Assembly: GCA_963727825.1 (NCBI GenBank)
Contig: CAVSHO010000009.1
Coordinates: forward strand, 896,001 to 960,000
DNA length: 64,000 bases
Source of the DNA: Ignavibacteriota bacterium
Lineage (GTDB): Bacteria; Bacteroidota; Ignavibacteria; UBA10030
Reading direction: 5' to 3'
Shown here: positions 61,689-64,000 of the stretch, piece after piece
How positions within the stretch are numbered: position 1 is the stretch's first letter
Layout: each line of letters opens with the position of its first letter
Program-made: the position numbers and the translations under genes
Notes under the pieces: generated by a model
Told to the model about the DNA's origin: nothing
The model's database searches: none
The model's input: the letters and a program-made list of their open reading frames with translations, nothing else

Positions 61689-62849
61689 TTAATCGTAATC
61701 CTTTAAATAATATTTAGTTTTAGTTTCACCAGTAACCTCAGTTTCTTCAAGCTTTTCTATACAATGAAAAATATAGTTCTTTGAACCAACTGTAATTCCG
61801 TTAAGATCTACTACGGTATCGGGAAGAAGGCAACCGCTAAAATATTTATTGTCTTCATTTGTTTGTAACGTCCAATATCCAGATTTTATGTTTATTTTTA
61901 TAATTTTACCCTCGAGGTTAACATTTTCAATTTCATATTCTCTTATTGTCTGTAATTTGTCATATAAGGGAATTGCGCGGGACCGTTGAATAGAATGAGA
62001 GACGATTTTTTTGGATTGCGGATTTATCCAAGAATAAGAAATGGGACTGTTGTTTGATATAATGAATTCTAGCAGTTTTAAGTAATTACTAAAAAAATGC
62101 CCGCGGTTTTCTTTTAATACACTTAATGACTGTTCTGGATTGTCGACCAGCTCAAGTATGGCGTCAAGCTTATTCAGAGCGCGGGAAATATCAACATATC
62201 CAAAAGCGTCTACAAACATTTTAGCTCTAAGGTGAACCTCAAAAGAAGCTGGTGCAAAGGCATAAACATCTGTTTGATAATTTTCTGGAGTGTCTAGTTG
62301 TTTTTTTAACTTCTTGTCTGTTAAATCTTTAATAGCCTTTTTATATGAAAACTTTAAAAGGTTTTGAAATATAAGAAGACCTTGAGCCAATTTTATTGTA
62401 GAAATTGCATGGTCACGAATTGCTTCTGGTGGATTAAAATCTAAATGAATTACGGCGGTGTTTTGTAAAAGAGAATCATGAAGAAGTTGTTTGTCTTTTT
62501 TGTTTGTGAAAGAATTAATAATAATACCGTGATCAGGTAACCATGATTCAGTGACGGCTTCCTTTGCTATAGAATCAATCGTTAATGATTCTGTGCCATA
62601 GGAATTAGTGCGAAGCAAATAATACTCTCCGAGTTCTGGTTCCTCAAATAGAGTTCTTAGATCGCATTCTCCAGAAAAAAGAAGATTTAATCTTTCTGGC
62701 GACAATGCTATTGTAAGGAATTCATCATATTGACCAGAACGATTTATTAGTTGGCATAAGTACTTTGTGCCGAGCAAGTCTTGTGCTAAAAACAACACGG
62801 GACCATCAAAATACATTAACGTTCGCAGTATATTTATTTGCTTCTTCAT
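61689..62849 (-). CDS. DUF6575-like protein with a possible C-terminal OB-like domain
   Basis: N-terminus LMYFDGPVLFLAQDLLGTKYLC...LSPERLNLL.SGECDLRTLF resembles DUF6575 (recalled, not searched). C-terminus LEGKIIKINIKSGYWTL is beta-rich; AT-rich gene. Confidence 0.65.
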   Translation of the reverse strand: MKKQINILRTLMYFDGPVLFLAQDLLGTKYLCQLINRSGQYDEFLTIALSPERLNLLFSGECDLRTLFEEPELGEYYLLRTNSYGTESLTIDSIAKEAVTESWLPDHGIIINSFTNKKDKQLLHDSLLQNTAVIHLDFNPPEAIRDHAISTIKLAQGLLIFQNLLKFSYKKAIKDLTDKKLKKQLDTPENYQTDVYAFAPASFEVHLRAKMFVDAFGYVDISRALNKLDAILELVDNPEQSLSVLKENRGHFFSNYLKLLEFIISNNSPISYSWINPQSKKIVSHSIQRSRAIPLYDKLQTIREYEIENVNLEGKIIKINIKSGYWTLQTNEDNKYFSGCLLPDTVVDLNGITVGSKNYIFHCIEKLEETEVTGETKTKYYLKDYD

Positions 62850-63250
62850 TTAGGCATAGAACAACGAGGGATAGGATCAAAGTTTCTGTCATTCCACCAG
62901 TCGTGATGTGTCTGACCCGCATCAATCGGAGAATGTTTAATTACCCCAGCTTCATTACTGAGAGTTATCGATATTATTAAATGTGGGTTGTTTTTAAAAA
63001 AGGGTATCTTATTAAGTGCGATACAATCTTCAATAGATAAAAAGATTGATAAAGCTCTGGCTGCGCATTCGTCGAGAAATATCCTTCGGGAATTTAATTT
63101 TTTGGGGGAATGAAAATCTGTCTGTGTTGGTGGAAAACTTTTTACTAATCGATAGAATGATTTTCCATTGGGAAGCTCAACGTCAAGAGGTGGACATCCC
63201 TCGGGCAACTCTTCAGCCCATTGAAAATCAGTGAGATTATTATTGGCCAT
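62846..63250 (-). CDS. Small hypothetical protein, possible ADP-ribosyltransferase-like fold
   Basis: WAEELPEGCPP, FYRLV, DF.S, C.ARALSIF and HHDWW; ATGA overlap with the downstream gene. Confidence 0.6.
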   Translation of the reverse strand: MANNNLTDFQWAEELPEGCPPLDVELPNGKSFYRLVKSFPPTQTDFHSPKKLNSRRIFLDECAARALSIFLSIEDCIALNKIPFFKNNPHLIISITLSNEAGVIKHSPIDAGQTHHDWWNDRNFDPIPRCSMPK

Positions 63251-63621
63251 TTAGTAGAATAAAGCTCAGTTGTTTGATATGTAAAATATAAGTTTTTGCT
63301 GAAATCGCAACCTATCAATTGAAAAGTATTGATAATGAAGTAATATTAAAGTAAATCAGAAATATTGAAGAATGATAATAAAAGGTTGACGAGATATTTC
63401 TTAAATTGTTCCGAGAAAAGGAATAAAAGTCTCATATACATCTCACAATACGTGTAAAACATAAGAAACGCTTATATTTTTTATTGGTTAACCTCTTGCA
63501 GAAGTAATTCCCCGATAGAGAACATTGGAGCAGGCAGCGATAGGCTCTTGGTATAGAAAGAGTTCGAATAAAGGCAAAGAATCCAATTTAAGAGTAAGTA
63601 TCTAAAATCTGTTTGCTCTGT

Positions 63622-64000
63622 CTATTTTTTCAAAGCCGCCTTGGAAAAAAGATATTCAGGTATGATGGTATCAAGAATAATGGAGTCGGTAAGAAACTCT
63701 GTTCCCGCGCCATCTTTGAAGACATCTTTATACAAGACCGACTTTGCTATCCATCGGCTCTGAACTTCCATTACTTCACGCACATCGATCGTCTTCAAGA
63801 GCTTGCCGCTCTTGGCGCAGAGATTTTCTTTCAAAAAAACAAAGCGCATTTTATCAACCCAAACTTTCCGGCTCTCATAGGCGATATCTTCCTTTTTAGC
63901 AGCGAGGTCTAATACCCAGCACGGACGTCCACTCACGGTTTCTTCAGATGCGATTTTTGCCGTGTAGAGATTGGGCAAATGCGGGTCTTCCATCATGTCC
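63622..64000 (-). CDS. Outer-membrane lipoprotein-sorting (LolA-like) protein, 5' end outside the window
   Basis: DMMED...GRPCWVLDL.AK...AYESRKVWVDK...SGKLLK...IPEYLFSKAALKK. Confidence 0.85.
   Translation of the reverse strand, partial: DMMEDPHLPNLYTAKIASEETVSGRPCWVLDLAAKKEDIAYESRKVWVDKMRFVFLKENLCAKSGKLLKTIDVREVMEVQSRWIAKSVLYKDVFKDGAGTEFLTDSIILDTIIPEYLFSKAALKK

Noticed and set aside
1-64000. tRNA, rRNA, CRISPR array, transposase or prophage genes
   Set aside because: No regularly spaced repeats or cloverleaf structures were seen; GGTTCGA-like strings fall inside coding sequences; no integrase, transposase or phage motifs were recognised.

Overview
Bacterial chromosome segment, most consistent with an anaerobic Ignavibacteria-like organism (Bacteroidota/Chlorobi lineage). 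This is inferred from the TonB receptors, gene repertoire, AGGAG ribosome-binding sites and REP-like palindromes. Housekeeping and metabolic content: argCJ with tandem ARG boxes, two PAP2 phosphatases, two TonB-dependent receptors, an XRE-cupin/acyl-CoA synthetase operon, lemA with two htpX paralogues, an orphan amino-methyltransferase, a radical SAM protein, ccmF, a CoA-transferase, ald, a four-subunit 2-oxoacid:ferredoxin oxidoreductase, malic enzyme, dxr-rseP, a CDF transporter, an ECF sigma factor and rarD. No rRNA, tRNA, CRISPR array or transposase was recognised. Best candidates for undescribed biology: (1) an AT-rich, translationally coupled pair of a small ADP-ribosyltransferase-like protein and a DUF6575-like protein at 61.7-63.3 kb, a possible toxin-antitoxin or anti-phage module; (2) a four-gene trans-envelope cAMP module (secreted Ig/FN3 protein, FecR with three Ig-like repeats, an outer-membrane barrel carrying the same repeat, and a CHASE2 adenylate cyclase) at 33.1-41.0 kb; (3) a trimeric [FeFe] hydrogenase with a sigma54-like promoter whose NuoF-like subunit is fused to a GltD-like module; (4) a 2.3-kb islet inserted into the 3' end of a gene, leaving a 72-bp diverged duplication; (5) a satellite pair of BMC shell genes; (6) small hairpin elements nested inside two different REP families. 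Many genes are split, nearly always by single extra bases, which looks like long-read sequencing error rather than biology. Family assignments were made by eye from motifs; no database search was run.
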